DNA from: a virus
Direction: 5' to 3' (one strand)
Length of the DNA: 64,000 nucleotides
Virus record (IMG/VR): IMGVR_UViG_3300043570_004127
Coordinates: 105,328-169,327 of that record
Shown here piece by piece: positions 44,988 to 53,788 of this stretch. The notes below the pieces were generated by a model that saw nothing but the letters and a program-made list of their open reading frames with translations, searched no databases and was not told where the DNA came from. A program made the translations under genes and the position numbers. Every line of letters begins with the position of its first letter. Position 1 is the stretch's first letter.

Positions 44988-45575
44988 TTACCACCAATTA
45001 GCAATGGAGTACTTGGTGCCGCTTATTACTGGTTTTGCTTCATGCCTGAATGGTGCTCCAGATGGGAAAATTACAACATCCCCGGCTACCGGCTCATAAG
45101 TAAAATTTAAATCCTGAAAATATAACTCTCCGCCTTCATAGTCGTCATTGAGGTAAGCAACTGCCGAGGCATAACGTCTGGTTCTTTCACCATTGTCTAG
45201 ATGGGATACATAGTGCTCGCCAATTGAGTATTTCAAGATTTGGTAACCAAGTGTTGAGTTGGATTTAATGCTAAGACCAAATTTGTTATTAAAGTGCTGC
45301 AGGCATGGCAGAACGCATTCGTGGATTTTGTTTGCCAGCATGACCTCTGCGGATGACTCATCGCCTTTCTGGGTCGGCGCTGGGGTGAACATTAGTTGGT
45401 TTGTCCTTACATCAGATATAAATACTTTGCCTTCGGTGTCGATAACCGTTGATTGACTCCAGTCGCCCTTGCTGTCTGTGGAAATATTTAATAATTCTGA
45501 AGCTTCTATTATCTCAAAAGGGTAAGCGATTGCGTTCCTGTAAATACATACACCATTGACATTGATGTGCTTCAT
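44988..45575 (-). CDS. 2OG-Fe(II) oxygenase (P4H-like) 12
   Basis: YQILKY..GEHY..HLD...YLNDDYEGGELYF...FPS...HEAKPVISGTKYS. Confidence 0.92.
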   Translation of the reverse strand: MKHINVNGVCIYRNAIAYPFEIIEASELLNISTDSKGDWSQSTVIDTEGKVFISDVRTNQLMFTPAPTQKGDESSAEVMLANKIHECVLPCLQHFNNKFGLSIKSNSTLGYQILKYSIGEHYVSHLDNGERTRRYASAVAYLNDDYEGGELYFQDLNFTYEPVAGDVVIFPSGAPFRHEAKPVISGTKYSIANWW

Positions 45576-45643
45576 TTTAGAACTCCGCTATCTCTACTGG
45601 TGCTACAAGTTATTTGAAAAACAATGTAGCTTGCAGACCAACC

Positions 45644-46108
45644 TTAAACCTCGTTGTTGCTTTGTGTTCTGCTTTCAATTGCCGTCTTTGCAAACTTATT
45701 AACAAAATTTGCTGCTGATTCAGTTGTTTTCAACTCTGACCAACTATCGCTAAATGAAAATTGACGCTGATATTCTTGTTCATAATCTGCGACTATCAAG
45801 CCAACGAGCCTGGTCATCACTCCTTCTCGCTGATGGTCTGGATGGGTCATGGCCACCCATGGCTTTCTGATTCCATCCATCATGTAGTCGATGTACACAC
45901 CAACTAGCAGTCCGTCATCATTTCTAAGCATGTTAAAAGTAAATGGCATCGCATAACCAGGGTTTATTGATGGCCAAATAAATTCCCTTACCATCTTGCT
46001 GAATCCTGGTTCCCCATATTCTCCAACAAGGTTTTCCATGGTAAGCCAGTCTGCAAAGTGGTCAAACTCCGCTTTAGGTGATATGTCTTGCCAATTATCA
46101 TCACTCAT
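45644..46108 (-). CDS. GNAT-like acetyltransferase
   Basis: THPDHQREGVMTRLV (acetyl-CoA binding motif A), TESAANFV. Confidence 0.65.
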   Translation of the reverse strand: MSDDNWQDISPKAEFDHFADWLTMENLVGEYGEPGFSKMVREFIWPSINPGYAMPFTFNMLRNDDGLLVGVYIDYMMDGIRKPWVAMTHPDHQREGVMTRLVGLIVADYEQEYQRQFSFSDSWSELKTTESAANFVNKFAKTAIESRTQSNNEV

Positions 46109-46120
46109 GATTAAACCTTA

Positions 46121-47167
46121 TCAAATACATGCACATTCTCCCTTGATGCAAATTAGATAACACCCAGCGGTAGTTTCAGGCGGCGGCGGAGGCGGCGGAG
46201 GCGGCGGAGGCGGCGGCGGAGGAGGCGGAGGAGGAGGAGGAGGAGGAGGAGGAGGAGGAGCATCAGGTGAAGTTTCCGAACAGAAAACGGTGTCTGAATC
46301 TGCATAACCGAATCTTTGAACCTTTAGATATGCGGAACGCGATTCTGAATAGCCAAGTCCTGTCCAGCCTTGACTTGTACCGAATGTGTCGTTAGGGCAA
46401 AGGCCGCCAGCACAGTCAAAATAGTTGTAGAAATATCCACCGCTAGAGTTTGCAACATATGTTTGGTCGGCTGGTTCTAAGTAATTGCTAAAGTTGATTC
46501 CAACACGTCCTAGTGTATCGTCGTCCATCGCAAATTGAGGGGTTGGTATTTTGCTATTCAACGGAGTGATTGAACTAGACGCAGTCGAGTAGCTTCCAGT
46601 TCCAATTGTATTTACTGCAGCTACTCGAAACACATATGCGAACCCGTTGGTTAAGCCAGTTACCGTCACCGACGTCAAAGTTGACGCAGCGCGACTAAAC
46701 GTCGTCCATGTTGAGCCACTGTTTGAAGAATACTGAACCGTGTAGTCACTGATTAACGAACCAATCGATGCTGGAGCTATCCATGAAACAGCAGCCGTAG
46801 TATTTCCATAAGTGCTTGGAAGAGTTACTGTTGGTGCGAGTGGTGCGGAAGGAACCCCACCGAGAACAAGCGGACTAGATGCTGTTGATACTGGAGATTC
46901 TGTCGCCGATGTGTCATCAATTGCAACAGCGGTAAAAGTGTAGGTTTGACCAGCAGTTAAACCAGAAGATATTGAAACACTTGCCGAGCTAGATGTTTCG
47001 GTTACTCCGTTGCTTGCAATGACCCTGTAACGAACTGCTCCCGATTTACCTTTGTACCCAGTATGCGTGATTGTTACAAGAGCATTACCAAGTGCATCGA
47101 CGGCTCCAACTACTGCGGTTGGTGGTTCAATGAACTTTCCACCACTTGCCTGATTGCCCGGAATCAC
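46121..47167 (-). CDS. FN3-domain protein with a Pro27 tract and Cys-rich tip
   Basis: FN3 (VSWIAP...DYTVQYSSNSGSTW...VTGLTNGFAYVFRVAAVNTIGTG); 27 Pro; ends GCYLICIKGECACI. Confidence 0.85.
   Translation of the reverse strand: MIPGNQASGGKFIEPPTAVVGAVDALGNALVTITHTGYKGKSGAVRYRVIASNGVTETSSSASVSISSGLTAGQTYTFTAVAIDDTSATESPVSTASSPLVLGGVPSAPLAPTVTLPSTYGNTTAAVSWIAPASIGSLISDYTVQYSSNSGSTWTTFSRAASTLTSVTVTGLTNGFAYVFRVAAVNTIGTGSYSTASSSITPLNSKIPTPQFAMDDDTLGRVGINFSNYLEPADQTYVANSSGGYFYNYFDCAGGLCPNDTFGTSQGWTGLGYSESRSAYLKVQRFGYADSDTVFCSETSPDAPPPPPPPPPPPPPPPPPPPPPPPPPPPETTAGCYLICIKGECACI
46178..46258 (-). repeat. CCT/CCG trinucleotide repeat encoding 27 consecutive prolines
   Basis: (GGA/GGC)n on the + strand, 81 bp in frame. 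Confidence 0.95.
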
Positions 47168-50100
47168 GACGCCGCCAAGTCACCTATAACAAACCACTCG
47201 TTTGCATTTTCTGTTTTGACTATTGTGCACGAAGAGTATCTGGCCCTCAAGTAAACACCCGGTGTTGCGAGGAGTGTCACTCCGGCACCTGCAAGAATTC
47301 TTGTCTTACCAGTTCCTCGTTGAATAACGGTGATGCTTGTACCAGTTCCAAATGCAACACTCGAAGCCGGTGGAACAGTCAGGTCATTGGCAGAGCTTGA
47401 GTCCATAATAATGATTGTCTCTGCAGCATCACCAATCGCAAGTGTGTAGTTGCCAGCCTTTGCACTGAGTGATTGAACACCCGTTGTTGAAACTGAAGCT
47501 GTAGAACCTTCCCCCTGAGTATGGGAGATAGCAATACCAGTACCAGCCACTACTTCCAGCATGTAATTGCCAGTTGTGTCAGTTCCCAAAGCAATTGAAC
47601 CGTTCAGTGCAACTGTTCCGCTCGCATCCGGAAGGCTTACAGTCCTATCTGCAGTTGGGTTAACAACGGTAAGTACTGTTTCAAACTCATCTGTTGTTGA
47701 ACCCTCAAATGTGATGAAATGTGGTTCTGGAAGATAGATACCATGAATTCTCGGAGTTCCACCAGTAGCCGTAATTTCTGGTCCATTAATAGTTGGCGTC
47801 GTAAGAGTTTTATTGGAAAGAGTTTGGGTTGTATCTGTTCCAACCAGAGTTGTGGTTGCATCAGGAAGAGTTATAGTTCTGTCTGCAGTTGGGTCTGTTA
47901 CAACAAGGGACGTTTCGTAATCGTCCGCGGTGGCTCCTTCAAAGATAACTCCGCCACCCACAGTTACACTTCCTGCAACAGTGAGATGACCTGGGTCAGA
48001 AATGGACGAAGATGCAAGAATTTGAGCTGAACCTTGTATCTCTGTTTTGCCACCACCAACTGCAGCGTTTGAAGTTACTCGCACGAACCTCGTTGCCTCT
48101 TGGCTTATCAATTCAACGGTGCCAGTGTTTGGTGCAATAAACCTTATTCCGCTAGCCGTTCCAGCATTATCAGCCAAAAGCGCACTTCGTGCTCTTCCGT
48201 CAGTAAAGTATAAATTTGTAGTTCCCTCTGTTACGTTGTCAGAGTTACCCGTTGTATCGGTTCCTAGGTTGATTGGGTCATTGGTCCAATAGCTTCCATT
48301 CCATTTTAGAAAATCTCCCGATGCAGGGGAGTTGAAAGCCCGCACTGGACGAACATAGAGTGAGTTACTCTTTGCGGAAAAACCTTGTCCGCCGTCACCT
48401 AGATTTTCATATTTGGCTTGTGTTGCGCTGTGTTCCGTAGAGCTCCAGTAATTATTGCTAAGCAATCCAGGAATGGTGCCAGCTTCTAAACTTTCGACTG
48501 CATAGAGTTCTTGTAACTCATCAATTGATGGAAGGAACCAGTCTGAAAAACCACCATATTCATATCCGGATGCGTATGCAGCCGCGCTAGTTGCGGAAAC
48601 ATTTCCAGACTGAGCAACAATGTCTATCGTGTTTTGAGCACCGAAGCCGAATCCGGTTGCATCTGCCCCAGAAACCGCCAATGATTGGTTTCCACCAGTA
48701 GCCCAACTTCTTTGAACCTGGGACGCAGATGGTGCAACTTCGAAATACTTGCCAGTAGAGTTACCAGTTGTATCTGGAGTAATGAAAATTATCCCGCCAG
48801 CCGGACCAGTCGCACCAATTTGATATGCGGTTGAAACATCTGGGAGGTCGCTAAGGCTGGTAAGGGATGCTGCAGATATGTCAGCCGTAGTTCCAATTTC
48901 TAAATATGCGCTACCGTCTTCCGTGATTTCCCACTTGTCAGATGTCTCGTTCCAGCGAAGCGCAACATTCGCCGAAGAACCACGTTCAACTTCAATCCCA
49001 GCGTTTTCCGTTGGGGCTGCAGTCACGTTGCTATTAAGAACAACGAGATTGTCGTCAACCATCAACTCTGTGGTGTTAATTGCTGTCGTTGTTCCAGAAA
49101 CCGTCAGGTCTCCAGTTATTGTCAAATTCGCAAATGTAACAGATGCGCTTGTTCCAACTGCCTGACCAATTGCGATAGTCGGAGTCGCCGTTTCTCCAGA
49201 GTTATTGGAGAGGGTTACGCCCGTACCTGCAACGAGAGATGAAACGTAATCTCCAGTTGTTTTGACACCAAGGGCAACAGTGTTGTCTGGAAGCGTTACC
49301 GTCCCAGTAAATGTTGGAGATGCAAGCGGTGCTTTAAGGTCAAGCGCAGTTTGCGTTGCTGTAGATACTGGCTTGTTCGCATCTGATGTGTTGGTTACGT
49401 TGCCGAGACCAACCATCGTTGCCGAAACTCCAGAAACAGTTCCAGTGAATGTCGGGCTAGCGAGTGGCGCCTTATCATTCAATTGTGTTTGAATTGCAGA
49501 GGTTACACCATCTACATAATTGAGTTCAACAGTTGAAAGAGTTGCCCCATCAAGAATGTTTAGCTCTGCAGCTGTAGACGTAACTCCAGTTAAGTCTGTC
49601 GGCGCGATAGATATATCTGACGAACCATTAAATGACTGTCCAGCAATATTTCTTGCTGTTTGCAGTGTAGTTGCAGTTGAAGCATTTCCAATCAGTGGAG
49701 CAGTAATCGCAGCAAACTGCACCGATGATGAAGTTCCAACTGCCTGTCCAATTGCAATAGTCGCATTCGAACCTTCGCCAGGGGTGTGTGTAATCGAAAC
49801 GCCTGTTCCCTGCGTAAGGTCAGACATATAATTTCCACTCGTGTCGGTTCCAAGGGTAATTGAATTTATTTGGACTGTTGCTGATATGGAAACATCTTGC
49901 GAACCATCGAAAGACACAGAACCCGATACATCACCCGATAAAGAGATTACTCGTGCCGTCTCCAAAGTTTCTGCTGTAGTCGCATTAATTGTTCCACCAA
50001 GTAAGTTTGTTACTGAGTCGTTATACCAGTCGTAACCGTCAAACGCAAGAACATCTCCCTCGGCTGCAGCATCTATGTATACGTTGTCTAGTTCATCCAG

Positions 50101-50796
50101 CAATGGGAACTCTGGAGTTAATGTAACTTGTTGCCACGAACCTGAATAGTATGTATAGAGTTCAAGCTCGCTTGAGTTGTACCAAAGGTCACCGACTCTT
50201 ACCTCGTCGGTTGGCTCCGTGTCCGAAACAGTAATAAAGTGGATTGTTTCGTTAATCCAAGCAGAAGCGGAGTTCTTGTAAACCAGGAAATCCCCTTCTT
50301 CGGCATCGCTAATTGTTACGTCACCAATGTCGTTCAGGTTGTTGATTGTCGGAATTGAAGCCCACTCAACACCAACCGATGCCGAGTTATTTGCCTTGAG
50401 AAAGTATCCGTCGGTTCCAACGCCAAGTCTGAAAAGACCGTTACCGTCGGTTACAAGCAGGTCGCCTTTTGTCGTTAACTTGCTTACAAGTTCGTTTGCT
50501 TCATCAGCGTCGTTAGCTGTAAATACTGGGTAGATGACAGAGCCAATTTGGTGCTCTGAAGCGGTGGTGTCATCCTGGGCTCTAACGAGAGTGAGTGTTG
50601 AACCAGATATGGTTGCAAGACACTTTTCTTCAGTGAGTGAAGACGGATTTATGACAACATAGAAAGGGATGCCAGCAATTGATGGCCATCCAGTGGTCGC
50701 CGCAATGTCAACAGTTGTCCCAACGTTAGTTAAGAGTGTTGTTGTAGTCGTATTGCGAGCCGCGCCCGAATATTGTTTGCGTGTATATGCTGCCAT
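47164..50796 (-). CDS. Tail fibre C with an internal DUF1566/C-type-lectin-like domain
   Basis: LTLVRAQDDT N-terminus; modules shared with the 40612 fibre; DWFLPSIDEL...YWSSTE...VRPVRAF; C-terminal shared domain. Confidence 0.85.
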   Translation of the reverse strand: MAAYTRKQYSGAARNTTTTTLLTNVGTTVDIAATTGWPSIAGIPFYVVINPSSLTEEKCLATISGSTLTLVRAQDDTTASEHQIGSVIYPVFTANDADEANELVSKLTTKGDLLVTDGNGLFRLGVGTDGYFLKANNSASVGVEWASIPTINNLNDIGDVTISDAEEGDFLVYKNSASAWINETIHFITVSDTEPTDEVRVGDLWYNSSELELYTYYSGSWQQVTLTPEFPLLDELDNVYIDAAAEGDVLAFDGYDWYNDSVTNLLGGTINATTAETLETARVISLSGDVSGSVSFDGSQDVSISATVQINSITLGTDTSGNYMSDLTQGTGVSITHTPGEGSNATIAIGQAVGTSSSVQFAAITAPLIGNASTATTLQTARNIAGQSFNGSSDISIAPTDLTGVTSTAAELNILDGATLSTVELNYVDGVTSAIQTQLNDKAPLASPTFTGTVSGVSATMVGLGNVTNTSDANKPVSTATQTALDLKAPLASPTFTGTVTLPDNTVALGVKTTGDYVSSLVAGTGVTLSNNSGETATPTIAIGQAVGTSASVTFANLTITGDLTVSGTTTAINTTELMVDDNLVVLNSNVTAAPTENAGIEVERGSSANVALRWNETSDKWEITEDGSAYLEIGTTADISAASLTSLSDLPDVSTAYQIGATGPAGGIIFITPDTTGNSTGKYFEVAPSASQVQRSWATGGNQSLAVSGADATGFGFGAQNTIDIVAQSGNVSATSAAAYASGYEYGGFSDWFLPSIDELQELYAVESLEAGTIPGLLSNNYWSSTEHSATQAKYENLGDGGQGFSAKSNSLYVRPVRAFNSPASGDFLKWNGSYWTNDPINLGTDTTGNSDNVTEGTTNLYFTDGRARSALLADNAGTASGIRFIAPNTGTVELISQEATRFVRVTSNAAVGGGKTEIQGSAQILASSSISDPGHLTVAGSVTVGGGVIFEGATADDYETSLVVTDPTADRTITLPDATTTLVGTDTTQTLSNKTLTTPTINGPEITATGGTPRIHGIYLPEPHFITFEGSTTDEFETVLTVVNPTADRTVSLPDASGTVALNGSIALGTDTTGNYMLEVVAGTGIAISHTQGEGSTASVSTTGVQSLSAKAGNYTLAIGDAAETIIIMDSSSANDLTVPPASSVAFGTGTSITVIQRGTGKTRILAGAGVTLLATPGVYLRARYSSCTIVKTENANEWFVIGDLAAS

Positions 50797-50819
50797 GATT
50801 ACTCCTAGTTTACTTCATC

Positions 50820-52931
50820 TCAACTAACAAGGGCCTGAAGACCCCAGTATCCAGCTGTGATTCCTTGAATTGGGTCTGCGTCATACAATGCTGTTTGTCC
50901 GGATACACCAGAGCCACTTGCAGTGCGAATATTCGTTACACGTCTTACTGCTGAATCACCAGCTGTTGCCCCACCAGAAGCTGTCGCCGACCTGAGGAAT
51001 GTGATGACTTCACTCAGGTTGGTTGAAGAACTGGTTCCGCTTCCAGATGCGGTTCTTGGCGCCGTATGCAAACCTGTTGCACTATCGCCAACAGTCGCTC
51101 CACCTGTAGCTGTTCCCGAACGAATATTGCTGTAGAGCGTTAAGTTGCTAGAGCCACCGATTCCTGAGCCAGAAGCAGTTCTGAAAACAGTTCTAAGTTG
51201 CTGAGACACAAGTTCACTGCTCTGACCAGATGCGTTTGCGGTTCGTGGGGCGATGTGCTCCCCTAAAGCGGTGTCCCCAGCTGTTGCAGAACCAGAGCCA
51301 TTAGCGGTTCTGATGTTTGAGTACAGAATAGTGGTTGCAGAAGTCCCAAATCCAGAACCTGATGCAGTTCGTATGAATGTTGTGACAATTGAAACGGATG
51401 AGCCACCGACACCTGAGCCACTTGATGTTCTCGGAGCAGTATGTAGACCGTTGGATGAATCTGAACCCTGTCCGGAACCACTGGCGGTTCTGACCGGAAT
51501 TCCAATTGAGGAAGAACTTTCCGAACTGCTTCCACTTCCATCTGCCGACCTAGGTGCAACATGAAGACCAAGAGCGGTATCTCCAGCAGTCGCTGAACCT
51601 GCGCCTACCGCGCCTCTTGGCGAAGTATGTCTTCCGTTTGCCACCTGTGTCGATGTTCCAGAAGATATTGAGGTTCTGTGCAGAGTCTTTGTTTCGTCGG
51701 TACTCTGTGTCCCAGCTCCGGAACCATTGGCGGTTCTTGGTGAGACATGGAGGCCATTTGCTTCGTCTCCAGCAGTTGCTCCACCAGAAGCACTCGCCGA
51801 ACGAAGATTGCTATAGAGGATTGAATTACTGGAACCGCTGGTTCCTGCGCCCGATGCAGTTCTAGGGGCAGTATGTAGACCAAGAGCTTCATCGTTAACT
51901 GTCGCCCCACCATCCCCATAGGCAGTTCTAATTTTTCCGTATCTGTAGGATATGAGTGAGTCAGACTGTCCTGATGCAGAGCCACTCCTGCGAACACTGT
52001 GCAATTGTTCTGATGTTGACGAACCAATTCCAGTAGCGGATATGGTCCTGAGTAATGTATTTTTTTCTTCCGAAGACGACGAGCTGCTACCTGAAGCATT
52101 TGCAGTTCTAAGATTTGAATGAAGCGTTAGGGCGGTATCGCCCGCTGTCGCAGAGCCTGAGCCGTAACCAGTTCTAAGGTTGGAATGGACGATTGCGTTA
52201 TTTGAAGTTCCAGAACCACTAGCCGAAGCGGTTCTGAGATGTGTATGAAGGGCCAGGACAAACGAATCACCATTTCCTGAACCGGTAACACTTCGTGGAG
52301 AAATGATAAGTCGTGTTGCAGACTCGCTTGATTGTGCAGTATCACTTGCGGTACGTGGCGACGTGTGCAGCCCAATTGCTGTTGAATTACTAGTTGCCGA
52401 GCCTGAAGCAGAAACAACAGATGTTCTAACCCTCGTTGACGATTCGCTTGACTGGCCAGAACCGGATGCACTCCTAGGTGCAGTGTGTAGTCCGAGCGCC
52501 TCATCACCAGCGGTTGCACCACCGGATGCAGTTGCACCTCTAAGGAATGTAATTACTTCGCTTAGGTTGGTTGATGAGCCATTTCCGCTTCCGCTTGCTG
52601 TTCTCGGCGAAATATGAAGGCCAGTTGCGGAGCTGTTTCCTTCTGCAGAAGCAGAAGCTTGTCTTGGCGAAACATGAAGACCAATTGCTTGGTCGCCGGC
52701 TGTCGCGGAACCAGAGCCAACACCACCTCTCGGGGATGTGTGAAGTGAGACAATAGCGTGGCTAGATGTAGCAGATGCCGAAGCGGTTCTTGGTGCTGTA
52801 TGCAGTTGCGACGCAGACGAAGAACCGATTGCTGTAGCGGAGGCAGTCTCCGATACTGTTTTAAAGCCTACATAGAACGACGACGTCCCTCGGAATGGCT
52901 CCGAGAAACCGATTATCTCTTGTTCATCCAT
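50820..52931 (-). CDS. Ser/Ala/Gly/Thr-rich repeat protein (probable virion fibre)
   Basis: Roughly 30 imperfect 20-22 aa repeats LH(T/V/I)(A/S)PRTASGSG...; lies among structural genes. Confidence 0.7.
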   Translation of the reverse strand: MDEQEIIGFSEPFRGTSSFYVGFKTVSETASATAIGSSSASQLHTAPRTASASATSSHAIVSLHTSPRGGVGSGSATAGDQAIGLHVSPRQASASAEGNSSATGLHISPRTASGSGNGSSTNLSEVITFLRGATASGGATAGDEALGLHTAPRSASGSGQSSESSTRVRTSVVSASGSATSNSTAIGLHTSPRTASDTAQSSESATRLIISPRSVTGSGNGDSFVLALHTHLRTASASGSGTSNNAIVHSNLRTGYGSGSATAGDTALTLHSNLRTANASGSSSSSSEEKNTLLRTISATGIGSSTSEQLHSVRRSGSASGQSDSLISYRYGKIRTAYGDGGATVNDEALGLHTAPRTASGAGTSGSSNSILYSNLRSASASGGATAGDEANGLHVSPRTANGSGAGTQSTDETKTLHRTSISSGTSTQVANGRHTSPRGAVGAGSATAGDTALGLHVAPRSADGSGSSSESSSSIGIPVRTASGSGQGSDSSNGLHTAPRTSSGSGVGGSSVSIVTTFIRTASGSGFGTSATTILYSNIRTANGSGSATAGDTALGEHIAPRTANASGQSSELVSQQLRTVFRTASGSGIGGSSNLTLYSNIRSGTATGGATVGDSATGLHTAPRTASGSGTSSSTNLSEVITFLRSATASGGATAGDSAVRRVTNIRTASGSGVSGQTALYDADPIQGITAGYWGLQALVS

Positions 52932-52953
52932 GAGGGGTTACTCCCCTTGTGGA

Positions 52954-53316
52954 TTATTCGAGTGTCAGTGTAAGAGAGGTGATTTCGAAAGTGTCACCTG
53001 CGGTAACTGAAGCAGCTGCAGAGAGAGCACCGTACCAGAGAGCGTTGCCACTGGTTTCTGCATCCCACAGTGACCAGTGAGTATAGACTTCTGTTGCAGC
53101 AACGTTTGTCCATTCAACTGTTCCGCTTGAGGCCTTCGAGCCACCTGACGCAGCGCTGAAAGAAACAGCCTTTCGACGTGTATCTACAGCTGGGGAGCCA
53201 GTTGCATTTTCTCCCGGGTCGCCAAGATGAAGCTTGAGGTACGCAGCGGAAGCCGAGTATGCCGTAGCACTCAAGGTGTCGAGTAATTTATTTTCTAAGT
53301 AACTTGAAATTGTCAT
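52954..53316 (-). CDS. Phage structural protein
   Basis: ISSYLENKLLD...YLKLH.GDPG...THWSLWDA.TSGN.L..G.L...V.AGDTF pattern, common in phage structural regions. Confidence 0.75.
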   Translation of the reverse strand: MTISSYLENKLLDTLSATAYSASAAYLKLHLGDPGENATGSPAVDTRRKAVSFSAASGGSKASSGTVEWTNVAATEVYTHWSLWDAETSGNALWYGALSAAASVTAGDTFEITSLTLTLE

Positions 53317-53371
53317 GTTAATGATGCCTTTGTGCTAGGGGCCGGTTTATACCGCTTGCTACAAGAATACA

Positions 53372-53788
53372 CTAAGGAGTGAATTCTATTTGTACGGTTA
53401 GGTTTTGTCCTGGATTCAAGGAGCCAACTTGGTCAACATCGACCGATATGTAATCCCCAGTAGTAAGTGAAGTCGTATTTGGCGTTGAAGTTGACACTAC
53501 GTTTTGACCAGCGTAAATCTGCGGTTTTGGGTTTGTTGTAAAAACACTTGTGCCGTTTTTGTTAACGTCAATAATTATTGATGAACCAGTTGGGGCGGTA
53601 CCGACCGAAGCCCTGACGTTACTAAGTGTGATTGCCCCAGGAATGTAGAACCTGGCGCTTCCAACACCGACACTCAATGTTCCTGGAACGGTAAATACTT
53701 GGACCTGATGGAGGAATTGCTGCACACCAGGACCCCTGGTCGCGGTGACGATTACCCTGTTTTGTGTATTTGTTACTTGGTTTGTCAT
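53372..53788 (-). CDS. Phage structural protein (beta-sandwich)
   Basis: VRASVGTAPTGSSIIIDVNKNGTS...GDYISVDVDQVGS..PG..LTV. Confidence 0.7.
   Translation of the reverse strand: MTNQVTNTQNRVIVTATRGPGVQQFLHQVQVFTVPGTLSVGVGSARFYIPGAITLSNVRASVGTAPTGSSIIIDVNKNGTSVFTTNPKPQIYAGQNVVSTSTPNTTSLTTGDYISVDVDQVGSLNPGQNLTVQIEFTP

Noticed and set aside
45602-45630. GCTACA...TGTAGC inverted repeat between the GNAT and oxygenase genes
   Set aside because: Only a 6-bp perfect stem and no U tract; could be chance
48334-48825. Active diversity-generating retroelement
   Set aside because: No reverse transcriptase or template repeat is visible in this window, and the lectin-like domain is internal
50820-52931. 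Ice-nucleation protein (GYGS/TAGD words)
   Set aside because: Period is 20-22 aa rather than the strict 16-aa INP repeat, and GYGS occurs only once
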